Shown here piece by piece: positions 11,414-26,792 of a stretch of DNA of 64,000 nucleotides. Both the position numbers and the translations under genes were made by a program. The notes beneath the pieces were generated by a model. That model saw nothing but the letters and a program-made list of their open reading frames with translations, was not told the DNA's origin and did not search any database. The stretch is from Chrysomallon squamiferum (Eukaryota > Animalia > Mollusca): assembly GCA_012295275.1 (NCBI GenBank), contig CM022679.1, forward strand, positions 27,962,001-28,026,000. Reading direction: 5' to 3'. Position 1 is the first letter of the stretch, and the number at the start of each line of letters is the position of its first letter.

Positions 11414-13332
11414 GAATAATCTATTTCAAAAATCGTTTCTTTAATTCTTCGAATATCACTTTTACACTGCACTATTACTATTAAAGGGTGAAACTGACAA
11501 TACTATTTCCCAAAGTTTAAATCGAGGAATTTAGAAACTGTATTGTTTATACTGTACATCCGTGTCTTGTATTTTTGTGTCTGTTTTGTTATGAAAACAA
11601 GCAGCAAGTCTCTAATTTAAAGCCGCCACAGACTTTGGTTGTTTTAATTATTCGGTTAGTCCGCCTTACTGCGTCAGTTGGTGTAACCACATACACGGAT
11701 TACTTCAAAATGACAACCTGTCAGTTTTACGTCAGAGCTGTAACCCAGCTTGTATTTCGTACTGAATATTTTATTATGAAAACAAGAGTAAGTCGTATTT
11801 ATGCATACCTCCACACCACGTGACAAAATGTTTAATTTTCTCCGCGCTGTCAAATGTTTTGTTTTTCTGTGATTTGGTGCGGCAGGTGCGTCAGTGCGTT
11901 TTACTGGAGAGCTGAGCGTGACGTGTTTGCGTGATTAGCACGTGTTAAATAACAATTATATTCATCAGCAGGCTTATTTTCATTGGCGCGAACGCGTCAG
12001 TAGTTATGAATATCGTGATCGGCTGTTAATGAAAGAAAAACGAAAAGAGATTGGCCTTATCTGCGTTCATTTATCACATGAATTTTTCAATGTGTACATT
12101 CTGACTTTTATCCGTATATGTGTGTGTTTAGCTATACAGACACATATTAATACTGTGTTTGTAGATATGAAAACACACACAGTATTAATACATGTCTGTA
12201 TAGCTATGTGTGTGTTATCACGTATATGTGTATGTATGCATCAGTGTACTATGTAAGTATATTTCTATGTAAGAATCTTCGTTTTTATGTGTATATGTGT
12301 GTTCGTCTTTGTGTATGTGTATATGTACGAATGCATATACACATACAGACATATATCATGTATATATATATATTTGTGCAGGTTTGTATCTCACTGTATG
12401 TTTGGATCAAATACTGATGCTGGACAAAATCGCAGAAGATACGTAAATACTCGTCAGATCTGTTTTCTACTGGCAGAGGATTTTCTAACACGATCTTCAG
12501 TATTTAAAATATTGATACTGTTGTCGTTAATGATGATGGTGCTGTTGTTGATGATGATGCTAATGTTGTCGTTGTGATTGCTGTCGGTATTGATATTCGT
12601 GTCTGATATTACGAGAATTCGTGAAATTCACTGAAAAGAAATGTTTAATATTTGAAAAGGCTATACTAATCGATACTAACGTTAAATGTCGGTTTAATGT
12701 TTGGTTGTTTGGCTGGTTTGCACGAGGTTCTTTCTCTCTTTCTTTTTTTTTTTTTCTATCTACGTCATCAGTTACAAGACAAAAGTGCAAATCATGCGTT
12801 AACGCTGTCTAGTACGTTTGTTTTAGACCCGCACTTGAGAACAAATAAATCAATGAAAACATTCTATATACATGTATACATTACTACTACCACTATTACC
12901 ACTACAGCTGCTGCTACTACAACAGCTACCTCTATAAGTATTATGTGTGTATGTATGTATGTTTCTCTGCGTGTATGATGTATATTTCTGTGTATATGTG
13001 TATCTTGCTCTCTGTACATGTATGTAGACCTGTATACGTGTAGTATTTGTATGTATATAATTACGTGTGTAAATTCTGCGTATTAAACTTCGTGTTTTCA
13101 GATGTACTCTCTGTCACTTACTCTAGTCTGCTACTTTCATACTGTCCAAGTTTTATGGCATTCCTCGCAGTTTTCTCTTTAACGGAATGTCAGTTCTTAG
13201 AAATCATTTATTAAAAATAAAATCCAAAACAAAGATAAAAAAACTAAAAAGAAAACCTTCCGTGATATTTACCTTCATATGTACAAAAATGTCATAAATG
13301 TTCTAAACTTGGAAAAACCACGTCGTAAAATG

Positions 13333-13366
<34 letters not shown>

Positions 13367-13621
13367 AAAAAGGGAGAGAAAAAGATTAATAATAATAATA
13401 ATTAAAACAGTCGAAAGGAAAGTTTGTATAATTTACAACACAATTAGAAACTACACGTGTTATTTATAGTATTTAGAGAGCGAAAATATTTATTTTTTCT
13501 TCCAAAAATTACATTTTAGATATCGTATTTCTTTTACAAATTCCATATGTTCATATCAATGTTATTTTGTTTTTTTTTTTGTTGGTTTTTTTTTTGAGAG
13601 GTTATTGTTGAGTGAGTGAGT

Positions 13622-13722
<101 letters not shown>

Positions 13723-14331
13723 AAACTCAAAGGAAAAACAAGCTGTTAGCTGGTATTACATGCAGAGTTTCCAGCTATAAACACATAACAACTAATAAAA
13801 ATAATTAAGTGTAATACAGAGAACGGCGCGTTTCAAATTACCGTGACGTCGTATTTCTGTCAGCGCCTGTAACAACAGGTCAGCCGGTGTGAGTCAGATA
13901 CAGCATCCTGTTGTGTGAGAGACGAAAATAACAATCTATCACCACTGCTACTTCCATCACTACCACTACTACTACTTCTACAACAACTACTACTACTTGC
14001 TGCTGTTGCTACCTTCACAAAACTGTTTCCACTTCTATTATTACCACCATTAAAGTTGTTTCACCACTACCACTGCTGCTACTACTGCTACTACCGCTAC
14101 TAATACTATTACTTCTACTACCACTGCTACAACTCTGTTATCACTATTTCTTATACTGTCACCACAGTTTGTGTTATTATCATAACTACAACGACAACTC
14201 CCTCTGACACTGATACTCCTACCACTACTATTACGTTTTTACTTATCCTAGTACAGCAAATACAACTAAAGCTAGTACGTGAACCACTTCTACTATTACT
14301 GCATCTGCTTCTATCACTTTCACTAATTCTG

Positions 14332-14408
<77 letters not shown>

Positions 14409-15011
14409 CACTACAAATCTATTGATGGTGCTGTAACTCTAGTAGACTCACTATACAATCCTTGTCCTGAATCCATCATTCATTAACAAAGGATTTATTG
14501 CTCTGTCAATAATAAAACACTAACTCCTACGAACGCGTTTTCATTCGGAAAGTCCCGAGCGCCAAATCGTTCGGCTTTTTTCGTGAAACACGGCGGAAAG
14601 TGTATCATGCGCAACTAATTAGAGGGTGTTTAATTCATTAACGTACTTTGTTTACCGCGTGCTCGTCACGTGACAGTACTCCCACTTCCAAACTGCGTAC
14701 ACCTGTTGCAGACAGTGTTTACGATGAAAAGTCAGCATGTATCAGGTAGCGTGTGTTACAGCTAATTAGAACACGTGACCCATTTTGTACGTGCATGCAT
14801 TCTTCAGTGTTGGCGTGAAGGATGTATGTATTTGTGTAAATGTAATTTTTGGTACAGTGTGTGTGTGCGCGCGTGTGCGTGTCTGTCTGTGTGTATATGT
14901 GTTGCGTGTGTGTTTCTGTGTGTGTTTCAAGGTTTAAATTATATTATAGTATCTGATAAAAAAAATATATGACTGTTAACAGTAAATATTTCCAGTATTT
15001 GGATATTATCC

Positions 15012-15099
<88 letters not shown>

Positions 15100-15839
15100 C
15101 TCTATCTCTCAGTAGTCTCTATCTCTGTTTTTAAAATCTTTTATATATACATTTAAGATAACATATACACCTCTACTACCTTCTTATTTAACTCGCCGCC
15201 TATTTTCATTACTCAATATGTTTAATTTTGTTTGAGTATTTTGTGCAGTTGGCTAAAGACGAAGTTGAACAAATAAAACTAGAGTAGGCGCCTTTCTTCT
15301 CTCTCTCTGATTTATTCCGTTCGGAATTTCGCTGGTTTACGTTCTATACTCAAACGTTTGATCAGGGACGGTAATTGGCATTCAGTTTTTTATTTCCAGG
15401 CGAAACGAGATTTTGTAGCGAGGTCACAATCCCTCCGTCTCTTTTATTTCATTTTCTCTACGTACATAACATTCCTCCATCATAATTTCATCCAAAGCAA
15501 CTTTGAAGTAGCAAATATTCCATCATTATTTCGCATAAACAATAATGGCTGTTTTTAACTGTTGTGTTTATTTGTATTCGTAACTTCGTGTCATGGAGGT
15601 CTGTATGTAATAAAGCACGCGAGTAGATAGACAACTAATTCAATAATTGTTTTATCTGACTCGATGCGTGCACGTTCGAGAAGAAAAGAAAAGAAAACAG
15701 AGAAAGAAAGAAAGAATAAAGAAACTGCGCCGAAATGTACCTAGACAGATATCAACACACGAACGATGCATTCATAAACACAGACACTTAAATAAAACCA
15801 TTTTCTTTACTACTGTCTGTTTACCTCTATCTCCCTCTC

Positions 15840-16443
15840 TCCATCCATCCATCCATCCATATATACATCCATACACCCATCCATACATCAATCCATCCAT
15901 CCATCCATCCATCCATACATACATCCATCCATCCATCCATACATCCATCCATCCATCCATCCATCCATCCATCCATCCATGCATATATCCATCCATCCAT
16001 ACATACATTCATACATACATCCATACACCCATCCAAACATCCATCCATCCATGCATACATCCATCCATCCATACATACATACATACATACATACATCCAT
16101 CCATCCATCCATCCATCCATCCATATATCCATCCATCCATCCATATATCCATCCATCCATCCATCCATATATCCATCCATCCATCCATATATCCATCTAT
16201 CCATACATCCATCCATCCATACATACATCCATCCATCCATACATACATCCATCCATCCATCCATATATCCATCCATCCATCCATCCATAATCCATCCATC
16301 CATCCATACATCCATCCATCCATACATCCATCCATCCATCCATCCATCCATCCATCCATCCATACATACATACACCCATCCATCCATGCATCCATACACG
16401 CATCCATCCATACATACGTACATACATCCATACACCCATCCAT
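15840..16443. repeat. (CCAT)n/(CATA)n tetranucleotide array, ~600 bp
   Basis: Directly visible; source of the HPSI/MDGW ORFs. Confidence 0.95.
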
Positions 16444-16525
16444 CTGTCAATCTGTTTATCTGGCGAGCGATCACATTCTATTTATATATGTTACACTGTT
16501 TGTATGCTATTAATGTTACTTGATT

Positions 16526-17482
16526 TAATGCGCTATTGGTATTACATGTCTTAGTACGCTACTGGTATTACATGTCTTAGTACGCTACTGGTATTACATG
16601 TCTTAGTACGCTACTGGTATTACATGTCTTAGTACGCTACTGGTATTACATGTCTTAGTACGCTACTGGTATTACATGTCTAATGCGCTATTGGTATTAC
16701 ATGTCTTAGTACGCTACTGGTATTACATGTCTTAGTACGCTACTGGTATTACATGTCTTAGTACGCTACTGGTATTACATGTCTAATGCGCTATTGGTAT
16801 TACATGTCTTAGTACGCTACTGGTATTACATGTCTTAGTACGCTACTGGTATTACATGTCTTAGTACGCTACTGGTATTACATGTCTTAGTACGCTATTG
16901 GTATTACATGTCTTCGTACGCTACTGGTATTACATGTCTTAGTACGCTACTGGTATTACATGTCTTAGTACGCTACTGGTATTACATGTCTTAGTACGCT
17001 ACTGGTGTTACATGTTTAATACGCTACTGGTATTACATGTCTTAGTATGCTACTGGTATTACATGTTTAATACGCTACTGGTATTACATGTTTAATACGC
17101 TACTGGTATTACATGTCTTCGTACGCTACCGATATTACATGTCTTCGTACGCTACCGATATTACATGTCTTAGTACGCTACTGGTATTACATGTCTTAGT
17201 ACGCTACTGGTATTACATTTTAATACGCTACTGGTATTACATGTCTTAGTACGTTACTGGTATTACATGTCTTAGTACGCTACTGGTATTACATGTTTAA
17301 TACGCTACTGGTATTACATGTCTTAGTACGCTACTGGTGTTACATTTTAATACGCTACTGGTATTACATGTTTAACACGCTACTGGTATTACATGTTTAA
17401 CACGCTGCTAGTTATCTTAGTACGCTACTGGTGTTACATGTTTAATACGCTACTGGTTATCTTAGTACCTACTGGTGTTATA
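16526..17482. repeat. 26-bp minisatellite, ~36 copies
   Basis: Unit TACGCTACTGGTATTACATGTCTTAG with 25-bp variants; divergence increases toward the 3' end. Confidence 0.95.
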
Positions 17483-17639
17483 TGTTTTAGGTATGATATT
17501 TACCTCTTTCATGAATAAAAATAATATATCTAAATAGTGATGCTATTTCTTTCTCTTTTTTTCTTCTTATTTTTTTTTACATTTTTTTTTTTAATATTTT
17601 ATCCCGGGGTTTCCTCATTTGTCTGACACATACTCTGAA

Positions 17640-17870
17640 ACATATCGATCACAAAGTGAGTCGACCTCAGTACACCAACCGCCGCTTTTCCCAATCCAGT
17701 CATTTCCCAGTGACCGGTTAATCAGAAGTGTTTAAGTCTTGTTTCCTGTGTATGACATCCAAAAATAAAGTTTTGTCATTAATCTCCGAGTAGAGTTGAC
17801 ACTGGCTGCCTCGAGTTTCCTCTCTCACCCAGTTTCATCACTCGTTCACGTGTAACAGAGATATATCACT
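17640..17870 (+). mobile_element. Decayed SINE body, probably the same family as 9230-9515 and 40540-40800
   Basis: GCTTTTCCCAATCCAGTCA...TAATCTCCGAGTAG...GAGTTTCCTCTCTCA aligns by eye to the other copies. Confidence 0.4.
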
Positions 17871-19131
17871 ACACAAACACATCTTATTTTATTTTTTATT
17901 GTTTATTTACTTACTTACATGTATACTTACTTACTTATTTATATTTATTATTATTATTTCTTTTTAAATTATATTTTGCTTTCATGATCTTGAAATCAGA
18001 ATTGCATACTTTATGTGGCACAAATTATTCAAGATGCGCTGAGGTGTAGTTATAACGATGGGACATTCAGTATAAACATATTTCAGTACAGTTTTACATA
18101 AATAAAATCCAAGAACGTGAGTTTTCTTTTGGATGATAACTATTCGACTCGTAATCTACACGAATCAAATCTGTTGTGTTGCATTCTTTATTGAATCCGG
18201 TCAGAGTTTCAGTTAACAGCTCCGATCATTCAGTGTAAAATACGAGCTTGTACAACGGTCAAATGTTTTTACATGGAAGCTTAGTCAGTTAATCCAAGTA
18301 TAATTCTCCAGACTTTTCCTGTCGCCTTTATTTTTCAGTACGATGAAAAGACAGAAATACAATACTTGTCAAATAACCATTAGTAGAATCACAACAACAT
18401 CAACGACAATCACTGCACCGCCAATAGCAACAATAATAAGAATAGAAATCATTATATGTATATATGTATATATGTATGTATGTATGTATATATGTATGTA
18501 TGTATGTATATATGTATGTATGTATGTATGTATGCAAATATGTATAATAAAGAACAGATAAAAAATAAAACCAACAACAGCAGGGAAAATAACAACACAA
18601 ATGAAACCAAATTAATTATAATTATGAAAGCTATTTGCGCTTAAAAATCTAAATATTACAAACTTGAGAAACTACATGCATTTTGTTCAGTTAGTGTCTT
18701 GATTATTTGTGTTAAAGAAAATGATAGTAATAATCAAAAAGAAAAAAATCTGAAAAGCCTGCCAAAACTCCACAGAATTTTCTGAATTTTGGCATTTAGA
18801 GGAGTGAGAAGAATAAGGTTTTCTCTGTTATTTTTAAAACAGATAAATATTCTGATGTGGAGATACGGTTACAACTTTGTTTTATGAGGAACACTAGAAA
18901 TAAGAAACTAGACTGAAGAAACAAATGAAAATGACTAGAGACTGAGCGAGAAAGAGTTTAAAAACAACAAGTGTAATAAATTACAAGAACAAGAACACCA
19001 AGTAAGAAGAAGAAAAACGAAAAACAAGAATAGAAAAAGAAGAAACAACAGCCGCTTCATTAGAGTTGATACAAATAATTTTGTTAGCACTACGTTAGCA
19101 CCAGTGTTTCCTCCTAATACATAATGTGTAT

Positions 19132-20360
19132 GTACTACAACAGCAACTACTACTACTGCCACTACTACTACTACTGCTACTACTACTATAGCTACTATTA
19201 CTATTCCTACTACTACTAATGCCACTCTACTACTGCTACTACTAATACTAATGCTATTGCTACTCCTACTCCTAATACTACTACTACTATTACTACTACT
19301 ACTGCTGCTGCTACTACTACTGCTGCTACTACTACTACTACTGCCACTACCACTACTATTACTACTACTACTGCTATTACTATTACTACTACTACTATTA
19401 CTACTACCACTGCTACTACTACTACTACTATTACTAGTACTACTACTACTACTCCTACGCCCACTACTATTTCTGCTACAACTACTACTACTATTCCTCC
19501 TACCACTCCTACTACTACTTCTGCTGCTGTTACTACTACTACTACTACTACTGCTACTGACTGTTAAACTGACTCAGTTGATATTTTGGTTTATCCTACA
19601 GTGAGTATAGGAAACACTTGTGTTAGTACATAACATGCTAGTGTACCAAGTGCTGGATCGTATACTGCTATAGTACACTGCATCAGAAACGCTGGACAGG
19701 CGTAGTTAAACACTGTTACGAAGCTCACACTTCTTCGTTTATTTCTTATTCTTTATTTATCTGTTGAAATTACCAGACATTACGATTGCCACCGCTTTAC
19801 GATTACATCCACAACAGTCGTAAACTTTAACTGATAAGCGCAAATCTTAATTTAAAATAGATAAGTTTCTGACACAGACATCACTCAGTTCCTTCTTTTA
19901 TCCAAACATTTACGTGTCTGTCTGGTATACAGTGAACTACATTATTTTACAACCACTATCACTACAACAGCAACAGTTACTACTGCTGCTGTTTCTGCTG
20001 CTGTTATGACTACTATTACTTCCACCTCTGCCTTTACTGCTACTACAACTCTGTTTCTACAGTATTATAATCATTACTACTGATCCTGCTACTAATTTTA
20101 ATAGTACTACTACAACTCTTACTACTACCTCTGCTACTACTATTACTACAACAACAACTACTACTACGCTATTGTAACGACCATCACCATAGCAACTATT
20201 GCTAATACTAGTAACATTTGTACACCACTAGTATTACTACATCTACTATAACTACTAATTCTACTACTACCACTACTGCTTCTGGTACTAGAATTACTAC
20301 TGTTGTCACCACTACCGTTACAACCACTGTCATCATCGTCACCATTGTAATACTACTACT
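19132..20360. repeat. Degenerate (TAC)n/(TGC)n tracts (19132-19560, 19955-20360)
   Basis: Directly visible; source of the poly-L/poly-V/poly-T ORFs. Confidence 0.9.
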
Positions 20361-20754
20361 ATTGATAATTCATATATTTAGTGCTATTTGTACTATTATT
20401 AATACTAACGCAGTATTACTACCTTTGCCTCTGTTATTACTCTCAGTGCTGTTTGAGATGTAGATGTTATTATCGACAGGAGAATTTCGCAGTGTGGTGA
20501 AAGATGTTGTAACACAAACTCCGTTCTGTGACGACACGCCACAGGTGACGACGACGTTTCATTGACTTTGTTCATTGTTAATACTAAAACTGAAATTGTA
20601 GCCGCTGCTGACGTTGTACAGGCTTTATTTCTATTGTTACTAAATCTATACAATGCTGAAAACATTAAATGTAATTCTAAATGAATCTGTGTGTAAAACC
20701 CAACAAAAATTTCACAACTGATTTTCAACTCCTAGTGAACAGTGCTGCATGTAC

Positions 20755-21132
20755 TAATAACTCAATCCTTTGTTACAAAACTGATATCAAAAACACAGTA
20801 TTACATGTATTAATAACTCAATCCTTTGTTACAAAACTGATATCAAAAACACAGTATTACATGTATTAATAACTCAATCCTTTGTCACAAAACTGATATC
20901 AAAAACACAGTATTACATGTATTAATAACTCAATCCTTTGTTACAAAACTGATATCAAAAACACAGTATTACATGTATTAATAACTCAATCCTTTGTCAC
21001 AAAACTGATATCAAAAACACAGTATTACATGTATTAATGACTCAATCCTTTGTTACAAAACTGATATCAAAAACACAGTATTACATGTATTAATAACTCA
21101 ATCCTTTGTTACAAAACTCATATCAAAAACAC
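20755..21132. repeat. 56-bp minisatellite, ~6.7 near-identical copies
   Basis: Unit TAATAACTCAATCCTTTGT(T/C)ACAAAACTGATATCAAAAACACAGTATTACATGTAT starting at 20755, 20811, 20867 and onward. Confidence 0.95.
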
Positions 21133-21197
21133 GATTATTTCATAACCCTACTCACACTCGGGCCATCCTACCGCCGTAAAATTTATATATCTTTATT

Positions 21198-21248
<51 letters not shown>

Positions 21249-21341
21249 TTTTCATTTGTTTTTAGTTCTTATTTAGAAAACACGAAGTTGTGACTGAAAC
21301 ATTAGTGACGGCACACGAAACAGGCATCAGTCTTCCTTTGT

Positions 21342-21413
<72 letters not shown>

Positions 21414-22649
21414 GTAATAATAATAATAATAAAAATGTTGATTATGATGAATATTATAATAATGATGGTTTTTGTGGTGGTGTGATTATTATTTTTATTG
21501 TATCAATAATAATAGTAACAGTAGAAGATTTGGTAGTATAGTAGTAGCAGCAGTAGCAGTAGTAGTAGCAGCATCAACAGTAGCAGCAGCTTTGGTAATA
21601 ATAATAGTAATAAAGTACGGGTAGTTTTAGTTGCAGTAATATAGTAGTATATCGTCATCATCATCACATTATTTTTTTTTATTATTGTAGTTGGTTTCTA
21701 CGGATCTGTATTTTATTTATTATTTGTTTTTATTTGTATTTTTATTTTATTTACTTTTTCTTCTGTTCGTCCTCCATGTATTGTACAATTTGTCATATTT
21801 AAAAAATTATTATAAAACAACGTTCGTGAACTATTCTAGACGAGAAGGGTAAATTGTTACAACTGTTGTGTTTGAAATCAGTTTTGTACACATTTTGTCA
21901 ATACAGACATCGATCACACTGTACAATATATTCAACACTAAGAGACTGTTTGAGAAGTATGTTGTACAGTTGTGAACAACCTAAATCTTTCTAACAAACT
22001 AAACTAAGCTTTCTAACAAATAAAACTAACATTTCTAGCAAACTAAACTAACCTTTCTAATAAATAAAACTAACATTTCTGTCTAACAAATGCGACCAGT
22101 GAGCATAAAACTGAAGAAAATGAACAAAAATAAAATTATTTTAAATAATAAATAAATAAATAAATTCATATGCGAACAATAACATAACATGGAAACTCAT
22201 AACAAAAATAAATGCAAGAATAAAACTGAAAAATGCCTAAATAAAATTAGTCTGAGTAAAACTGAGTTCTCTCTAACAATACTGACAACATGTAACTGAG
22301 TTTCAGCTACAACTACGTTCTCCAATGTTCACGATGTTGCTAAATCTTTACAGTTTAAATGATAACCTAGCCTGCAACAGGACACAAACTGAAGAGCTGC
22401 CAGTTTTGTATTGTTTACTATAAACTTACACTTTACTTTAATAAAACTTTAAACAATGAATTACTTCTAGTCAGGCGGACGATTTCACTTTTCAGTTCAG
22501 ACTCTAAAGTTTGATGATATATTTAACATCGCAAATAGATGTTAGGTCAGTACACGTTATATTACACAGCTGGCATGGTTTAATGTTGTTTCTTGTTTTT
22601 ATATCACTGTTTCAGCCGCGTCTCTCGACAAGCTTTTTTCTCAAATCAG

Positions 22650-23525
22650 CATACGCCCAACACACGTACACACAACAGATGTATATACAACACACATATA
22701 CTCAACACACGTACTCACAACATACGAACACAAAACACACGTACACACAACACACGTACACACAACATACGTATACGCAACATACGTATACACAACATAC
22801 ATATACACAACATAAATATACACAACACACGTATACTCAACACACGTATACTCAACACACGTATACTCAACACACGTACACACAACATACATATACACAA
22901 CATACATATACACAACACACGTATACTCAACACACGTATAATCAACACACGTACTCACAACATACGTATACACAACATACGTATACCCAACACACGTATA
23001 CCCAACACACGTACACACAACATACATATACACAACATAGATATACACAACACACGTATTCTCAACATACATATACACAACACACGTATACTCAACACCC
23101 GTATACTCAACACACGTACACATAACATACATATACACAACACACGTATACACAACACACGTATACTCAACACACGTATACTCAACATACGTACACACAA
23201 CACGTACACAAAACACACGTACACACAACACACGTACACACAACACACGTATACGCAACATACGTATACACAACATACGTATACACAACACGTACACACA
23301 ACACACGTACACAAAACACACGTACACACAACACACGTACACACAACACAAGTATACGCAACATACGTATACACAACATACGTACATACATCACACTTAC
23401 AACACACGTACACAGAACATACGTACACACAACACACGTACATACAACATACATACACACAACACACCCGTATACTCAACACACGTACACACAACACACG
23501 TATACGCAACATAAGAACACACAAT
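22650..23525. repeat. 15-bp (with 13-bp variants) CA-rich minisatellite, >50 copies
   Basis: Unit CA(C/T)ACGTA(C/T)AC(A/T)CAA; gives the (HTYTQ)n ORFs. Confidence 0.93.
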
Positions 23526-23556
23526 ACACAGGCTGAAATAAGTCATCCGTCAACAT

Positions 23557-23750
23557 AGTGGTTGATTTGCACAGCGTTATCACATATACATATTGGTTGA
23601 TTTGTATAAATCATCGGAATGTAGGTTGATTTGTATAAATCATCAGAATGTAGATTGATCTACATCAGTCATCAGCATATACGTTGATTAACCTCAATCA
23701 TCAGTACATAGGTTGATTTACATCAATCATCAATGCATAGGTTGATTTAT
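23557..23750. repeat. Diverged 29-bp tandem repeat, ~7 copies
   Basis: (G)GTTGATT core at 23595, 23624, 23653, 23682, 23711 and 23740. Confidence 0.8.
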
Positions 23751-24427
23751 AGCAGTGAGAGTATCTGACTTGCTAAGATTAATAACGGTAGTTTCTCCCA
23801 GCTGCCAAACGGCGCGGGATTTACTCATAATTAACTATTTGCCTTTAAACGTTTCATGGAATGAAAGCAATAACTCTTACCAGCGCGGCATGGCAGATCA
23901 TATTCTTGTCTACGAATGTCGTTAAGTGTCCGTTCTGAAACGCGACCTCACTTGATAAAGAAATAACAGAGGAGCATTGTTGAAAATTACACTGATGATG
24001 ATCGTGTACGTAAATCGGGGGACGGTGTTCAAAATGCCCCTGACGTGGTAAATGTACGCAAATCGACCATGTAAATTAAATTGGTTTTCTCTTCTTTTCC
24101 CTGCTATTCTCGGCTATTATTTCTAAGTGCACTTTTCACCCGGTTCCTTCATCATCGATTGGCGCTTTTGTTTTCATTCATTAATCATCATTATAGCGTC
24201 CACAAACGTTACGAAAGAAATGCATAATGGAAAGAGAAAAGTGATTAAAGACAAAGAGATACAAACAAACCAAGGAAGACAACTGGACTAAAGACAGACA
24301 ACAGAAAGAACAAATGAAATGTAATAAAGAAAGAAAAAGGAAAAGAAAGAACAATATATAAAAAAAAGTTAAATATTGAAAACACTAAATTAAACTAATA
24401 ATTTATAAATGTTGTCATTTGCATCTC

Positions 24428-24514
<87 letters not shown>

Positions 24515-24929
24515 ACTGTTGCATACATTAAGTCTCAATCCAAACATCAATGATAATAGTTAGTGAGGTTTCTCTGTTTTTGACAAAGTAACCAGAAATC
24601 ACTGACAAATATTTCAGGACAGTTTTTAGCTTTGCAGCCAACAGCGTATGTCTGTTTTCCCGAATTAGACAATGCCTGACGACATTCTGTGTTAACATTC
24701 ATCATATGCGAATTTCTGTTTATGAGAAGGTGCTAATACAAGAATACTTTCTCATCCAACATCACAATATCATTTGTTTCTCTCTTTCTGTTATACTGTA
24801 TGTAATAAAATCATCTGCCTGTTTATGTGAACGTGTTCGTGTACACTGATACACTATTTTGTATAACTGATTTTCCATTATAAGAAATTTATCGTATATA
24901 TTTAATTCTAAAGTCGATAAAGCGAGTGA

Positions 24930-25002
<73 letters not shown>

Positions 25003-25009
25003 GTTGTTG

Positions 25010-25074
<65 letters not shown>

Positions 25075-25900
25075 TATTCCATAGAAATCCCTTTTGAATG
25101 AAAAAAAGAAACAAATCAATTAAAAGAATCAATGAACGAAAAAATAAATAATGAACAAATCAATGAACGAATAAAGAGATTGTTATTTATAATTCAGGCG
25201 ATAAATATTAGTCTTCATCTGTTACATCTATTCACTGGAAGAAAACTGAAACTTGCTCGTCCTTGAAATTCAGTAATTTCATCCTAAACCTCAGAAAAGT
25301 TACCGTGAATTTGATTAGACTTAACAATCCTCAGCTTTAAAACTGAACTATTATATATGTATAATGTTTCTGTCATTGTTGTAAAGTAGAAAAAGCAGTT
25401 ATTGTTGAAATAGATAGTAGTGGTAGCAATGGTAGCAATGGTAGTAGTGGTAGCAGTGGTAGCAGTATAATAGTAGGAGGCGCAACTGTAGCTGTTGTAA
25501 TAATAATAAAGTAGTAGTAGTAGTGATAACAATAGCATTATAGTAGTGGTAGAAGTAGTACTAACAGTAATAGCAGCAATATTAGTATTAGATAATTAGT
25601 AGTAGTAGTTGTAGTAATAATAGTAGTAGTAATAGAAGCAATGGTAATAGTAGTAGCAGTAGTTTTTGTTGTTGTAATAGAAGTAGTAATAATAGTAGTA
25701 GTAGCAGTAGTAGTAGTAGTAGTAATAGAAGTAATAGTAGTAGTAGCAGCAGTAGTAGTAGTAGTAGTAGCAGTAGACGGGTGGTGTGTAGCAGTATTAG
25801 TAGTAATAGAAATAGTAGTAGTAGTAGTAGTTGTAGTACTAGTAGTTGTAGTACTAGTAGTAGTAGTAGTAGACGGGTGGCTGTGTAGTAGTAGCAGTAA
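24930..25900. repeat. (ATT)n tract (24930-25075) and degenerate (AGT)n tract (25414-25900)
   Basis: Directly visible. Confidence 0.9.
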
Positions 25901-26792
25901 AATAGTTATGTAATGATTTAAACTAAATCCGGCTCTAACACTTCACAAACAGTCAGCTAATTCAGTACACACAAAACACGCTAGACGCAGACGTAACTAA
26001 CTGAACAAACCTAACACACGTCCAACAGTAGGAGACTTATATAGAGAGCCAGTATTAAAATATCTAAATGCAGAAAGCTCGATTAAAATAGAGACTAGTG
26101 ACAAAATATCTAAATGGAAGATTTACTATTAGAAGATCTGACTGTCCGTTCTGGAAGTACTCGTCGCTGGCAAACAGCACTTACAGTTAATTAGAAATGT
26201 GTCGAGTGTAGATGTGAGATATCTATCGATTGTAATAGACTCTCCGCATTATCAGAACTTTGTGGCAGGCAATTTGTAAGTTTAGTTTTTGTCGGGATGG
26301 TACAAACATTCTACACAAGACAAACTGGAATTAGATCTCGTAAGAAACGGCAAGCACGAGTGAGAACAAAAATAGAAGCGAATGTTAAGAAAGTGTTTTA
26401 TTTTCACAAAGGCGTGACATACAAGATATCGTGTCTTGACACAACACAAAGATGAAAACACTTACATGATACAGTCAGACATACACATAAACACTGGACG
26501 CATGCTTCAGGCGCACATGTATTTTGTATGAGGATGTTTTGTTGAAACTGTGCATACGCGTCTGTTGACACACACACACACAAACACACAAACACACACA
26601 CAAACACACACACGAACACATAAACACAAACACACACGCAAACACACACACACACACACAAACACACACTCACACACAAACACATAAACACAAACACATA
26701 CTCACACACACACACACACACACACATCTAAAGCAGCATTGTAAATAAATTCAGTTTCTTCTGTTCGTACAAAAGATGTGGCTGTTTGACAG

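Noticed and set aside
15647-16513. Long HPSI/MDGW-repeat ORFs in several frames
   Set aside because: Translation of a stop-free (CCAT)n array.
22511-23558. (HTYTQ)n 204-321 aa ORFs, one with a hydrophobic leader, as a secreted His/Tyr-rich structural protein
   Set aside because: Open in several frames on both strands because the 15-bp CA-rich unit lacks stops; 13-bp variants shift the frame, and the start is non-ATG.
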